From an uncultured Muribaculaceae bacterium (lineage in GTDB: Bacteria; Bacillota_I; Bacilli_A; RF39; UBA660): 64,000 bases of DNA. The translations under genes and the position numbers were made by a program. Below the pieces are notes generated by a model, which was given only the letters and a program-made list of their open reading frames with translations, ran no database searches and was not told the origin of the DNA. Shown here piece by piece: positions 37,468-47,736 of this stretch; position 1 is the first letter of the stretch; every line of letters starts with the position of its first letter. The stretch lies in NCBI GenBank assembly GCA_964494015.1, contig CAZBQC010000001.1, forward strand, positions 7,551-71,550, read 5' to 3'.

Positions 37468-37558
37468 AAAATTAATAAATATTTAAAATAAATTTATTTG
37501 CTAATATCTCTTTTATTTCCTTTTAAGTTGTTGTATAATGTCTTTTATTGGAGGTTTT

Positions 37559-39583
37559 ATGAATTTATCAAGAGAAGAGTTGCAACAGGAAGAAGCATAT
37601 TTAAAAGCTTGCTTACAGGAACTTGATGAACAAATAAAAGAACTGAAGTCTAATCTGATTGTTGAAGAACAGGAAATCAAGGATTTTAATAAGTATCTTT
37701 GGAATGAGCGTGGCAACATGGATCCAGTAGAAATTAGAAGTGGCATGTTGGAGTCCGATTTAGAAATACAAGAATTTGAAAGGAAAAGCAAATACTTAAA
37801 AAAATTATTAAGAATAAAAAACAGTCCTTATTTTGGAAGAATTGATTTTAATTCAGACCAAGAATATCAAGTGTATATAGGAATTACTCATTTAACCAAA
37901 AATTTAAAAAATTTAATTTATGATTGGCGTAGCCCAATTGCTAGTTTGTTTTATGATTCAAATATTGGTCATACTTCCTATCTTGCACCAGAAGGAAAAA
38001 TCTCTGGTTATCTATCCAAGAAAAGACAATATCGGATTGAAGAACGGAAAATAAAAGCCATTTTCGATAATAATTTAAATGTTACCGATGAGTTATTGCA
38101 ACAAGTACTGGCTAATAATAGTACTGAGAAAATGAAAAATATCGTCAATACTATTCAGGAAGAACAAAATGAAATTATTCGAAACATTAAAGATAAATAT
38201 CTAATTATTCAGGGAATTGCAGGAAGTGGTAAAACTTCGGTGGCTCTTCATCGTATTGCTTTTCTTTTATATAAGATTGATAAACTGACGAGTGAAGATG
38301 TGCTTATCTTTTCACCCAACAATATTTTTTCTTCCTATATTTCAAATGTTTTGCCAGAATTGGGGGAAGATAATACTAAGGAAACAACTTTCAGTGATTT
38401 TGCTATTAAATATGTTTCTGAATTCAAAAGTATTGAATCGTTTACTAGTTTTATCGCCCGTTCTTTTCAAAAAAGAGATAATGAACATGATTACAATTTG
38501 ATTAAATTCAAATTGAGTGATGATTTTATTAAGATCATTGAAGATTATGCCAAGGAAATAGAAAGAAATAGTAAGTTTCTACAAGATTTAATATATGAAG
38601 AAAGAACAGTTTTCAAAGAAGATTTGAATGAGTTAATACACGATCGATACAGTCGTTTAACTCTTTATGAAAGGATTCCTCAAATAAGTGAGCATCTGTG
38701 TCATAAGTTTGGTTTAAAAGTTACTCAACATGCTCGTTCGATCGAAAGCAGGCTTTATCGAATTTCGAATATCAGCAAAGACTTTATTAAAATTTATCAG
38801 AACTTGTATCAAAGTGCCTCTTTTAAAAGTAATTATGGTGTCATTCGAAGTGATCAACTACCTCAAAGTGACAATATTCTAAATTATGAAGATAGTCTGG
38901 CCTTCATTTACTTAAAAGGATTACTGACAGGTTTTCCTTACAGTAATCAGATTAAAGAAATAGTTGTCGATGAAGCACAGGATTACAGTAAACTACAATA
39001 TTTAATTTTAAAGACTATTTTTAAACGAGCAACTTTTACCATCTTAGGTGATATTAATCAAACTATTAATCCTTATTATCAATATCGATCTTTAGAAGAG
39101 TTAAGTTCAATATTTTCAAACGCTAAATATTTAGAGCTCACTAAAACTTATCGTTCTAGTGAAGAGATTATTAAATTTTCTAATCGTATTTTAGATTTAG
39201 ATTATGCTGTCAGTGTCCGTAAAAGTAATAATGTTCCAGTTAAAGAACGAGTCAGCCAAAATATTATTTCGGATCTTGTCGTCGATTTAACTAAAGGTTT
39301 AAATAAATATCGAAAAATGGCAATTATAACTAAAAGCATGGACGAAGCTAATTATCTTTATAAATCTTTAAAGTTTTCTTTTAAGGATCTTTCCTTAGCT
39401 ACTGAAACCAATTATACTAACACTAATTTAGTAATACTGCCGATTTACTTAGCTAAAGGGTTAGAATTTGATCAAGTTATTATCTATACTGATCATAATA
39501 ACAAGTATACTGACCGAGAAAAAAAGCTGTATTATGTGGCTGCAACTAGAGCTCAACATGAATTAATTGTCTATAATCAGTAA
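37559..39583 (+). CDS. helD: HelD-like UvrD/Rep superfamily-1 helicase.
   Basis: N-terminal coiled coil followed by Walker A GIAGSGKTSVALHR, motif II VVDEAQDYS and motif VI YVAATRAQHEL. RBS GGAGG precedes ATG 37559. The ORF track starts at 37538, inside the -10. Confidence 0.65.
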   Translation: MNLSREELQQEEAYLKACLQELDEQIKELKSNLIVEEQEIKDFNKYLWNERGNMDPVEIRSGMLESDLEIQEFERKSKYLKKLLRIKNSPYFGRIDFNSDQEYQVYIGITHLTKNLKNLIYDWRSPIASLFYDSNIGHTSYLAPEGKISGYLSKKRQYRIEERKIKAIFDNNLNVTDELLQQVLANNSTEKMKNIVNTIQEEQNEIIRNIKDKYLIIQGIAGSGKTSVALHRIAFLLYKIDKLTSEDVLIFSPNNIFSSYISNVLPELGEDNTKETTFSDFAIKYVSEFKSIESFTSFIARSFQKRDNEHDYNLIKFKLSDDFIKIIEDYAKEIERNSKFLQDLIYEERTVFKEDLNELIHDRYSRLTLYERIPQISEHLCHKFGLKVTQHARSIESRLYRISNISKDFIKIYQNLYQSASFKSNYGVIRSDQLPQSDNILNYEDSLAFIYLKGLLTGFPYSNQIKEIVVDEAQDYSKLQYLILKTIFKRATFTILGDINQTINPYYQYRSLEELSSIFSNAKYLELTKTYRSSEEIIKFSNRILDLDYAVSVRKSNNVPVKERVSQNIISDLVVDLTKGLNKYRKMAIITKSMDEANYLYKSLKFSFKDLSLATETNYTNTNLVILPIYLAKGLEFDQVIIYTDHNNKYTDREKKLYYVAATRAQHELIVYNQ

Positions 39584-39615
39584 ATATGATATGATACTAT
39601 TATAAGGATGGTATT

Positions 39616-40365
39616 ATGAAATGTATTTTATTATGTGCTGGTTATGCAACGAGACTGTTTCCATTGACAGAAAATTTTCCGAAAGCACTTTTACCAATTG
39701 GTAAGAAACAACTTTTAAATTATATTTATGATCAAGTGGAAACGATTCCTGATGTCGATGAAGTTTATATTATTACCAATAATCGTTATTATCAGCATTT
39801 TGTCACTTGGCAAAAAGCTTTAAAAACGGCAAAAAAAGTCAAGATTATTAACGATGGAACTAATTCCAATGATGATCGACTAGGAGCTATTGGTGACATT
39901 ATCTACACGATAAAACAAGAAGAAATTAATGATGATTTAATGATTATTGCGGGCGATAATTTATTTAATTATAAATTAATTGATGTTGTCAATTTCTATA
40001 AAGATAAAAATAAGACCGTTCTTTGTGCTAAAGAGTTAGATGATATCGATTTATTAAGAAGATTTGCAGTTGCTTTAGTTGATGATGACAGTAAAGTTAC
40101 ATCATTGGAGGAAAAACCCGAACATCCAAAAAGTAATTTAGGAGTTTATGCTACTTATCTTTATCCTCAAGAAGTTTTAAAATACTTTGATAAATATCAA
40201 GCAGCTGGATTAAAGATGGATGCTCCGGGACATTTTCCGGCCTACTTATATCAGTTTGAAGATGTTTATGTCTATAAATTTCAAGGTGAATGCTACGATA
40301 TTGGAACACATGAGACTTATCAATTGGTAAATGATTTATATTCAAAAAATGATTTAAATAATTAA
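39616..40365 (+). CDS. Sugar-phosphate/NTP nucleotidyltransferase family protein.
   Basis: The N-terminal LLCAGYATRLFPLTENFPKALLPIGKK is the signature of NTP-transferase fold proteins. Confidence 0.6.
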   Translation: MKCILLCAGYATRLFPLTENFPKALLPIGKKQLLNYIYDQVETIPDVDEVYIITNNRYYQHFVTWQKALKTAKKVKIINDGTNSNDDRLGAIGDIIYTIKQEEINDDLMIIAGDNLFNYKLIDVVNFYKDKNKTVLCAKELDDIDLLRRFAVALVDDDSKVTSLEEKPEHPKSNLGVYATYLYPQEVLKYFDKYQAAGLKMDAPGHFPAYLYQFEDVYVYKFQGECYDIGTHETYQLVNDLYSKNDLNN

Positions 40366-40416
40366 AGATAGCCATAATAATACTGTAGCTTTGCTTTTAA
40401 AAAGGAGTTGATCCTT

Positions 40417-41400
40417 ATGAAGTTTAAAAACAAACTACTTACACTATTTCTAGCTATTTTTATTATACCATTTCAAGTATTAGCTTATTCCTCCTATCTA
40501 ATTCCAGGCGGAGAATCAGTCGGGATTAAACTTGAATCAAAAGGTGTCATTATCGTCGGATTCTATAAAGTGAATGATGAATATATTGGCAGTGATTCAG
40601 GATTATCAATTGGCGATCGAATTGTTTCGATTAACGATAAAACCATTTCCAACATCGATGACTTAGTCAGAAATGTCAATGGAGAAAATAGTACGGTAAT
40701 TTTAAAAATTGGGTATCTTCATAACAATAGTTTAAGATACACTGATTTAAAGTTAGTAAAAGATCAAGATGGTATTTATAAAACGGGTTTATACGTCAAG
40801 GATAGTATCAATGGAATAGGGACCTTAACTTTTATCGACCCAGCGACTAAATTGTATGGTGCTTTAGGACATGAAATTGTCGAGAAGACCAGCAATTTAA
40901 AAATTGAAGTCAAAAATGGGAAGATATTTAAGTCTATCATTACAGGTATTGAAAGAAGTACCGATGGAAATCCAGGTGAAAAGAATGCCAGACTCTTTAG
41001 TGATGTTATTTATGGTAATGTTTCAATCAATGGTATTACTGGTGTTTTTGGGACCTATTCAGGAGCACTTCCTAATAAAAAGCTCATGAAAGTAGCTGAA
41101 CCTGATGAAATAACTTTAGGTAAAGCTCAAATAATGACCGTCTTGTCTGGCGAAAAAGTCGAAACTTTCGAAATTAAAATTTTATCGATTGACAAAAAGG
41201 GTACAATCAAAAATATTTTATTTGAAGTCACTGATTCGCGTCTTTTAGACGTAGCTGGTGGAATTATTCAGGGAATGTCAGGAAGTCCAATTATTCAGAA
41301 TAATATGATTATTGGAGCTGTTACTCATGTTGTGGTCAATGACGCAACTAAGGGATATGGTATTTTTATAACTAATATGCTAGATAGTGTAAACGAGTAG
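40417..41400 (+). CDS. SpoIVB-like S55 serine peptidase with a PDZ domain.
   Basis: Signal/TM N-terminus and a PDZ-like segment. GTLTFIDPATKLYGALGHEI and QGMSGSPII are S55 active-site regions. RBS AAGGAG precedes ATG 40417. Confidence 0.65.
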   Translation: MKFKNKLLTLFLAIFIIPFQVLAYSSYLIPGGESVGIKLESKGVIIVGFYKVNDEYIGSDSGLSIGDRIVSINDKTISNIDDLVRNVNGENSTVILKIGYLHNNSLRYTDLKLVKDQDGIYKTGLYVKDSINGIGTLTFIDPATKLYGALGHEIVEKTSNLKIEVKNGKIFKSIITGIERSTDGNPGEKNARLFSDVIYGNVSINGITGVFGTYSGALPNKKLMKVAEPDEITLGKAQIMTVLSGEKVETFEIKILSIDKKGTIKNILFEVTDSRLLDVAGGIIQGMSGSPIIQNNMIIGAVTHVVVNDATKGYGIFITNMLDSVNE

Positions 41401-41427
41401 AGACATTTAATTGTCTCTATTCTTTTT
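41398..41427 (+). terminator. Terminator of the spoIVB-like gene.
   Basis: TAGAGACA tttaat TGTCTCTA followed by TTCTTTTT. Confidence 0.6.
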
Positions 41428-41516
41428 CCAAAAAAGTTTGTTAATTTCATGATTAAAGATTGCTTTTTTAATTAAAAAAAACTATAATAAAAATCATGTT
41501 GAAAGGAAGGGAAATT

Positions 41517-43838
41517 ATGATTAAGACCAATTTACCAGTACTTGTTTTAAGAAATATCGTTTTATTTCCCTTCAGTGAAATTAGAATTGAAATCGATAAT
41601 ATCGAAGATAAAAAATTAATCTCTTTAGCCGAGTCTTATTATAATAATACTTTGTTGGTAATAACTAAAAGGGATAGTGAAACTGATGAAGTGGATCTTA
41701 ATCAGTTGCCAAAAGTAGGAGTTGTCGGCGAGATCAAGTTAAAGATGGAAATGCCTAACGGGAAAATGCGTCTAGTCATTGCTGGAGCAGTGAGAAATAA
41801 AATCTATGCTTATAGTGAAGACGATAGTGTTTTAGATTCGATGGTTGGAAGTGTCACTTACGAAGAGATCGATAATGTTGAGGAAATGGCCTATGCCCGA
41901 AGCTTAATTAAGCAGGTTGAACTTTATGTCAATAATGTTCCCCAGATTGGAAATAGTCTTTTATCTCAGATATCTAACGTGAGTAACATCGATAAAATTA
42001 CTGATTTAGTGGCTTTAGTTTTACCTTTTCCTCTTGATCGTAAAATCGATTATATCGAAGAAATAAATCCAATTGACAGAGTGAAGATGCTCCTTGATGA
42101 TATTAATCGTGATTTAGAAGTAATCAAACTAGAGAAAAAAATTGAAGATGAAGTGAGAGTTCAACTCGATGATGCTCAGAGGGAATTTGTCCTACGTGAG
42201 AAATTAAAAGCGATTAAGAATGAGCTAGGAGAAGCCATCAGTTTTGATCAAGAGGCTGACAATTTAAGAGAAAAAATTAATAATTTAAAATGTCCAGCTC
42301 GAATCAAAAAACGTCTTAATGAAGAGTTACATCGCTATATGACTTCTAATCCTAATTCTCCAGAGGTCAGCAATATTAGGAATTATTTAGAATATCTGTT
42401 ACAATTACCATGGGAAGTTTATACCAAGGATAATTTGAATTTAAAAGATATTTTAAAAAAGCTAGATGAGAGTCATTATGGCTTGAATAAAATTAAGGAT
42501 CGAATTATCGAATACATTGCTGTCAAGCAGTTTACTAATAATAATGCCACGAGTCCCATTATCTGTTTTGTCGGTCCACCAGGAGTTGGAAAAACTACCC
42601 TAGCTAAAAGTATTGCCAACAGTCTAAACCGAAAATGTGCCAAAATTTCAGTTGGTGGAGTAAACGATGAAGCCGAAATTGTCGGTCATCGTCGAACCTA
42701 TATTGGAGCAGCACCTGGCAAGATTATTGCCGGAATCAAAAAAGCTGGGAGTAATAATCCCGTTTTTATCATCGATGAGATCGACAAGATGACTAAAGAT
42801 ATTAAAGGTGACCCAGCCAGTGCTCTTTTAGATGTCTTAGATAAGGAACAAAACAATAAGTTTGTCGACTTGTATTTGGAAGAAGAGTTTGATTTATCAA
42901 AAGTGCTGTTTATTTTAACAGCTAATTATATAGAACAAATTCCTTATGAACTATTAGATCGTTTGGAAATTATCGAATTATCAAGTTATACCGAAGTAGA
43001 AAAATTAGAAATTGCTAAAAATCATCTTTTTAAAAAATTGATTAAAGAACATGGTTTAGGAAAAAAAGAAATAAAGATAACCGATGAAGCTATCTCTCAT
43101 ATCATCAGATTTTATACGATGGAGGCTGGAGTTAGAGAGTTAGAGCGCATGCTTTCGACAATTTTTCGTAAAATCGTCAAAGATTTATTAATCAATAAAG
43201 GCAAAAAAACTTATCAAATTGAAGTCGGAGATTTACCAAGCTATCTTGGAGAAATAAAATTTTCTCATCTTCTAAATGACCATGAGAACGAATCTGGAGT
43301 AGTTAATGCCTTATCCTATACTCCTTATGGTGGAGAGTTGTTAAAAATTGAAGTGACTAGCTTTAAAGGAGAAGGTAAAGTAATAATTACCGGTTCGGTG
43401 GGCAAAGTAATGGAAGAATCAATTATGATTGCTGTCAGTTACATTAAAAGTCGATGTGATGAGTTTGAAATCGATCCGAATCTTTTAAAGAAGAATGATT
43501 TTCATATTCATATTCCTGAAGGGGCAGTTAAAAAAGATGGTCCCAGTGCTGGAGTAACCATTACAACCGCCATTATTTCATTGTTAAAACGAAGGAAAGT
43601 CACCAATGCCATTTCGATGACCGGCGAAATTACTTTGGTAGGCAATATTCTTCCTGTGGGCGGAATCTATGAAAAGATGGTTGTAGCGAGCAAGAATATG
43701 ATCACCAAAGTCTTTATCCCAGTTCAAAACAAACATGATCTTACCGATTTACCAAGTTATGTCAAAGACAATTTATCGTTTGTTCCAGTAACAAATTATC
43801 TTGATATATATCAAGAGTTGTTTAAAAAGGAGATATAA
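41517..43838 (+). CDS. lon: ATP-dependent Lon protease.
   Basis: The LON N-domain, AAA+ GPPGVGKTT / FIIDEIDK and the protease serine DGPSAGVT. RBS AAAGGAAGGG precedes ATG 41517. Confidence 0.92.
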   Translation: MIKTNLPVLVLRNIVLFPFSEIRIEIDNIEDKKLISLAESYYNNTLLVITKRDSETDEVDLNQLPKVGVVGEIKLKMEMPNGKMRLVIAGAVRNKIYAYSEDDSVLDSMVGSVTYEEIDNVEEMAYARSLIKQVELYVNNVPQIGNSLLSQISNVSNIDKITDLVALVLPFPLDRKIDYIEEINPIDRVKMLLDDINRDLEVIKLEKKIEDEVRVQLDDAQREFVLREKLKAIKNELGEAISFDQEADNLREKINNLKCPARIKKRLNEELHRYMTSNPNSPEVSNIRNYLEYLLQLPWEVYTKDNLNLKDILKKLDESHYGLNKIKDRIIEYIAVKQFTNNNATSPIICFVGPPGVGKTTLAKSIANSLNRKCAKISVGGVNDEAEIVGHRRTYIGAAPGKIIAGIKKAGSNNPVFIIDEIDKMTKDIKGDPASALLDVLDKEQNNKFVDLYLEEEFDLSKVLFILTANYIEQIPYELLDRLEIIELSSYTEVEKLEIAKNHLFKKLIKEHGLGKKEIKITDEAISHIIRFYTMEAGVRELERMLSTIFRKIVKDLLINKGKKTYQIEVGDLPSYLGEIKFSHLLNDHENESGVVNALSYTPYGGELLKIEVTSFKGEGKVIITGSVGKVMEESIMIAVSYIKSRCDEFEIDPNLLKKNDFHIHIPEGAVKKDGPSAGVTITTAIISLLKRRKVTNAISMTGEITLVGNILPVGGIYEKMVVASKNMITKVFIPVQNKHDLTDLPSYVKDNLSFVPVTNYLDIYQELFKKEI

Positions 43839-43848
43839 AAAAAATATC

Positions 43849-44364
43849 ATGACAAATAGTGATGAAGTAGTTTTACTCTCGCAGTTTAAGTATGATTTAT
43901 TTGAAGCTAATCCATCTTTTATAAAGGGAACTTATTTTTTAGAAGATAGTAAAATAAAAGGTTTAGATCTTTTTCAAACCTTGATAAATGGCCAGGATGG
44001 AAAATACTATCGTTCTAATTATATTACTAATAAAATTTTGTTCATTATTGAGGAAAGTACTTTTATTGATCGCTTTTCTAAAGAGGATCAAATCAAGATT
44101 TTTTTATTGATTAAAAGTCTTATTAAAAATAATCAAGATCTTTTAGTTGGTCAAGATAAATTATTAATGTATCGGCAAAAAGTTATTAGGGAATATTTCG
44201 TCATCCAAAAGGTTCTTGCTGATCAAAAAGAGACAGTATTCGATAGTAAACTTTTAAATTTATTCAACGAATTTCTTTATGATTATGTTGGTGTATTTCT
44301 TAAAGATGATCTTCTTTTAGGAAAATTTCAAAAATACCTGGCGATTTGTACTAAAGAAAAGTAA
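43849..44364 (+). CDS. Hypothetical protein.
   Basis: ORF only. I recognise no motif. Confidence 0.4.
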   Translation: MTNSDEVVLLSQFKYDLFEANPSFIKGTYFLEDSKIKGLDLFQTLINGQDGKYYRSNYITNKILFIIEESTFIDRFSKEDQIKIFLLIKSLIKNNQDLLVGQDKLLMYRQKVIREYFVIQKVLADQKETVFDSKLLNLFNEFLYDYVGVFLKDDLLLGKFQKYLAICTKEK

Positions 44365-44491
44365 CGATGTCATCAGAAAGTCGAAAGCTATTTTTATCGA
44401 CAATATCTATTGCTAAAAATGAATAGAATGACGAGAAACTTGGAAGTTAAATAATAGAATTGATAGTTGGTTTATTGACTGGACCAATTTT

Positions 44492-44517
44492 AACTATACG
44501 AAAGTATAGTTTTTTTC
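44492..44517 (+). terminator. Rho-independent terminator.
   Basis: AACTATAC gaaa GTATAGTT followed by T6. Confidence 0.6.
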
Positions 44518-44561
44518 ATATCATCAAAAATCTTTCATATATATCTAATAGGAGGAATTAA

Positions 44562-45266
44562 ATGAATAAAATAATACCATTTACGAAAGAAATATACTTT
44601 AAGACGATGATTAAGGAAATTACTAGTATTTCACTTGATCATACGATCAATGTTCAAAGAAATAATACGATCAGTGGAGAATTTATTGTCAGTGGAACTT
44701 ACAAGATGACTGAAGCTTCAGCCTTAGAAGAAGAATTTAATTACAGTATTCCAATCAATATCGAAATTGATGATAAGTATGAAACCAGTAATTGTAAAGT
44801 TCTAATCGATGACTTTAACTATGAAATTGTCAACGAAGAACGATTAAAAGTTCACATTGATTTATTGATCGATAATTTGGAAGAGATTATCAAAGAGGAA
44901 TTTTCATTAGATCCAGAAGTAATTAAAAAACATCTTGATAAAAGTAATCTTGAAGTAGAATTAAATAAAGAAGAGTCAAATATCAACATCGAAGATAAAT
45001 CCTTGGAATTAGTTCGCGATGATAAGAACAATGCTATCAAGGAAGAGGTAAATATTATGGATATATTCAATAGTATCAACAATAATCAGAAAGAAACTTA
45101 TTCGACGTATTCAGTTTATTTCTTTAAAGAAGATGATACGATCGATCGAATAGTTGAAAAGTATAATGTTACCAAAGAAGAATTAGCTAATTATAATAAG
45201 TTAGATGAAGTTAAGGCTGGTACGAAAGTGATTATTCCATGTCATAAACTTGATGAAAAATCTTAG
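44562..45266 (+). CDS. Protein with a C-terminal LysM domain. It may be a SpoVID/SipL-like spore morphogenetic protein.
   Basis: The C-terminal YSVYFFKEDDTIDRIVEKYNVTKEELANYNKL...GTKVIIP is LysM-like. The N-terminal ISLDHTINVQRNNTISGEFIVSGTY is reminiscent of the SpoVID N-terminus. RBS AGGAGG. Confidence 0.4.
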   Translation: MNKIIPFTKEIYFKTMIKEITSISLDHTINVQRNNTISGEFIVSGTYKMTEASALEEEFNYSIPINIEIDDKYETSNCKVLIDDFNYEIVNEERLKVHIDLLIDNLEEIIKEEFSLDPEVIKKHLDKSNLEVELNKEESNINIEDKSLELVRDDKNNAIKEEVNIMDIFNSINNNQKETYSTYSVYFFKEDDTIDRIVEKYNVTKEELANYNKLDEVKAGTKVIIPCHKLDEKS

Positions 45267-46173
45267 AGAAATACTCGACAAACACGAACTTAATCCCTAT
45301 CGATATACCTGTTATAAAAAGGCTCGAATTATTGATACGGAAGAAGGTTCTTTTGTTTTAAAAGCAAAATGTAATCTCGATACCTATAATTATTTATTAT
45401 CACGAAATTTTGATTATTTTCCTAGAATTATTAGTGATAGTGGCGAGGATTATGAAATAACTGAATATATTGATGGAGTCGACTATCCAAGTGAGCAAAA
45501 ATCAATTGATTTAATATATTTAGTCAGTATTCTCCATAACAAAACTCTTTTTTATCGAGAAACTGATTTAAATAGAATTAAAACTACTTATGAAGAGTCC
45601 TTAAAAAAGCAGGAAGAATTAAGTAATTATTACTATAGTTTGAATGATGTGATCGATTCAGTTATCTATATGTCGCCAGCTATTTATCTATTAGCTAGAA
45701 ATATTTCCAAAATCTACTATGCCTTATATTTAACTAAGGAATATCTTGAAAAATGGTATAAGATCGTTTCTGATAAAAAAAAAGAACGCCTAGTGTTGGT
45801 CCATAATAATCTAGATGTATCTCATTTAATTAGAAGCAATAAAGAATACTTGGTCAGCTGGGATAATGCTAGACAGGATTTACCCATTATCGATCTATAT
45901 GTCTTATTTAAAAATAATTATCGTAATATTGATTTTATTACGTTACTTAACTATTATGAAAGTAAGTTCCCTCTTTTAAAGGAAGAAAAACTATTGTTGT
46001 TAATCAAGTTATTATTGTCTGATAAATTAGAGCTCAGTAGTAATGTCTATACCGATACGATTAATTTTAATAACTATTTCATCTATTTAGATAAGGTCTT
46101 GGACCTAAATAATCATCTAGAAAATCATTTTAATGATCAGAAAGAAAAGCAGGAACATTTGAAACAAGAGTAA
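45250..46173 (+). CDS. CotS-family / phosphotransferase (kinase-like) fold protein.
   Basis: The VHNNLDVSHLI region resembles the kinase catalytic loop of CotS/APH family proteins. Confidence 0.35.
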   Translation: MMKNLREILDKHELNPYRYTCYKKARIIDTEEGSFVLKAKCNLDTYNYLLSRNFDYFPRIISDSGEDYEITEYIDGVDYPSEQKSIDLIYLVSILHNKTLFYRETDLNRIKTTYEESLKKQEELSNYYYSLNDVIDSVIYMSPAIYLLARNISKIYYALYLTKEYLEKWYKIVSDKKKERLVLVHNNLDVSHLIRSNKEYLVSWDNARQDLPIIDLYVLFKNNYRNIDFITLLNYYESKFPLLKEEKLLLLIKLLLSDKLELSSNVYTDTINFNNYFIYLDKVLDLNNHLENHFNDQKEKQEHLKQE

Positions 46174-46338
46174 GAAGGTATTAAATCTCGTAATAAAAAG
46201 TAAAGTTATAATGGCTTGATAAGCAATGATGATAATTAAAGCAAAGATGATAAAGGAGTAGGAAACACTACTTCTTCTTTTGTTTTTACAATTGTTACAA
46301 AAGCAAAACATCCCGTGGCCATTATTTCTTTTGAACAT
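46117..46338 (-). CDS. Candidate small membrane protein with an N-terminal Cys cluster.
   Basis: RBS GGTAGGTGAT 5 nt upstream of the ATG on the minus strand. The protein has the CFCNNC motif followed by one TM helix. Its 3' end overlaps the CotS-like gene. Confidence 0.3.
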   Translation of the reverse strand: MFKRNNGHGMFCFCNNCKNKRRSSVSYSFIIFALIIIIAYQAIITLLFITRFNTFLLLFQMFLLFFLIIKMIF

Positions 46339-46435
46339 TTACTATCACCTACCATAGTTTATGTTAAAAGAAAAGATTTGTTATAAATACCTATTAATTT
46401 TATGGTATACTTGTGATAGTAGGTGATTTAAAGAT

Positions 46436-47665
46436 ATGAAAAAGAGGCGAATAAAGAGAAAAAAAATCGTTAGTTTGATCGTAATCTTAGGTTCGTTTTT
46501 CCTGGGAGTTTTTCTGATCAAAGATCGATTTTTATCCGAACCTGAACCAGTTGAAGAGGAGTTTGTTATCATTGGCAAAAGCCTGCAGGAAGTAGAAGAT
46601 TACGCTAAGGAGCATGATTATACTGTCAAAAAGGAATTTGTCTACGATAAAGTAATCTTAGAGAATATTGTCGTTTCGGGTACTAAAAAGGGAAATACTA
46701 TCGAGATCATTATTTCAAAGGGGAAGATACCACTTAGTGTCTATCAAGATAACAAAGTTAATGAATTAGGTAAAATTCCAATTATGATGTATCACGGAAT
46801 CGTCAATACAACGACGACTAAATATGTCGGGGGAAATGTCGATAAGGATGGTTACAATCGAACTGTGACCGCCTTTAAAAACGATTTAGAGTTTTATTAT
46901 GAAAACAATTATCGAATGATTAGATTAATCGACTATGTAGGTGGTAATATTACGACCGAATTAGGAAAAAGTCCCCTGGTTTTAACTTTTGATGATGGTC
47001 GTGAAGACAACTTTAAGGTGTTAGGAAAAAATGCCGATGGAAGCTTAGAAATTGATCCCAATAGTGCGGTTGGAATCCTTGAGGAATTTAAAAACAAATA
47101 TCCAGACTTTAATGTAACGGCGACCTTCTTCTTAAATTATGAACTATTTCAGCAGAAAACTTATAACGAAGATATTTTAAAATGGTTGATCGAAAACGGT
47201 TATGATGTTGGTAATCATACCACTAATCATGCCGACATCAAGACGATTACAGCTAGCAAGACCGAGGAAATAGTTGGCAAAATGTATGAAAAATTAGCTA
47301 GTATTATTCCTGATAAATATGTCCAAATCGTAGCCTTGCCGTTTGGTTCTCCTTATGTCAAGAGCCATAGTAATTTTTCCCACATTTTAAAAGCAAACTA
47401 TAACAGTCAAACTTATGAGACGCTTTCAACCTTAAGAGTAGGGTGGGAGCCAGAATTGTCACCTTATCATCAAAATTTTGATCAAACATTCTTAAAGAGA
47501 TGCCGTGCTTACGACAATAATGGTCAGGAATTTGATATTAAGATGGTCTTTAATTCTTTAAAGTCAACTCGCTATGTGTCTGATGGGGACCTAACAACAG
47601 TGGTTATTAAACAAGGAACTACTAACTTAAATGATAAAATTACGAAAGAGATAATTAAATACTAA
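46436..47665 (+). CDS. Polysaccharide deacetylase (NodB homology domain) with an N-terminal TM anchor.
   Basis: LTFDDGRED and DVGNHTTNHADI are NodB motifs. RBS TAGGTGAT. Confidence 0.7.
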   Translation: MKKRRIKRKKIVSLIVILGSFFLGVFLIKDRFLSEPEPVEEEFVIIGKSLQEVEDYAKEHDYTVKKEFVYDKVILENIVVSGTKKGNTIEIIISKGKIPLSVYQDNKVNELGKIPIMMYHGIVNTTTTKYVGGNVDKDGYNRTVTAFKNDLEFYYENNYRMIRLIDYVGGNITTELGKSPLVLTFDDGREDNFKVLGKNADGSLEIDPNSAVGILEEFKNKYPDFNVTATFFLNYELFQQKTYNEDILKWLIENGYDVGNHTTNHADIKTITASKTEEIVGKMYEKLASIIPDKYVQIVALPFGSPYVKSHSNFSHILKANYNSQTYETLSTLRVGWEPELSPYHQNFDQTFLKRCRAYDNNGQEFDIKMVFNSLKSTRYVSDGDLTTVVIKQGTTNLNDKITKEIIKY

Positions 47666-47736
47666 AATTAGCTCTTTTTGATTGAAGAGATGATACTTTT
47701 ATGTTAGAATATGAAGTGTAATAAATAATAGCGAGT

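Noticed and set aside
37559-40365. The helicase plus NTP-transferase pair as a phage-defence system of the Gabija or Hachiman type.
   Set aside because: The helicase has the N-terminal coiled coil and the motif order of housekeeping HelD. No nuclease domain is apparent. Adjacency to the Bro-N/RhuM island alone is not enough.
46339-46426. The inverted repeat CTATCACCTACC ... GTGATAGTAGGTGAT between the divergent small ORF and the deacetylase gene.
   Set aside because: Both arms are simply the GGTGAT-type Shine-Dalgarno regions of two divergent genes. It is probably not a regulatory palindrome.
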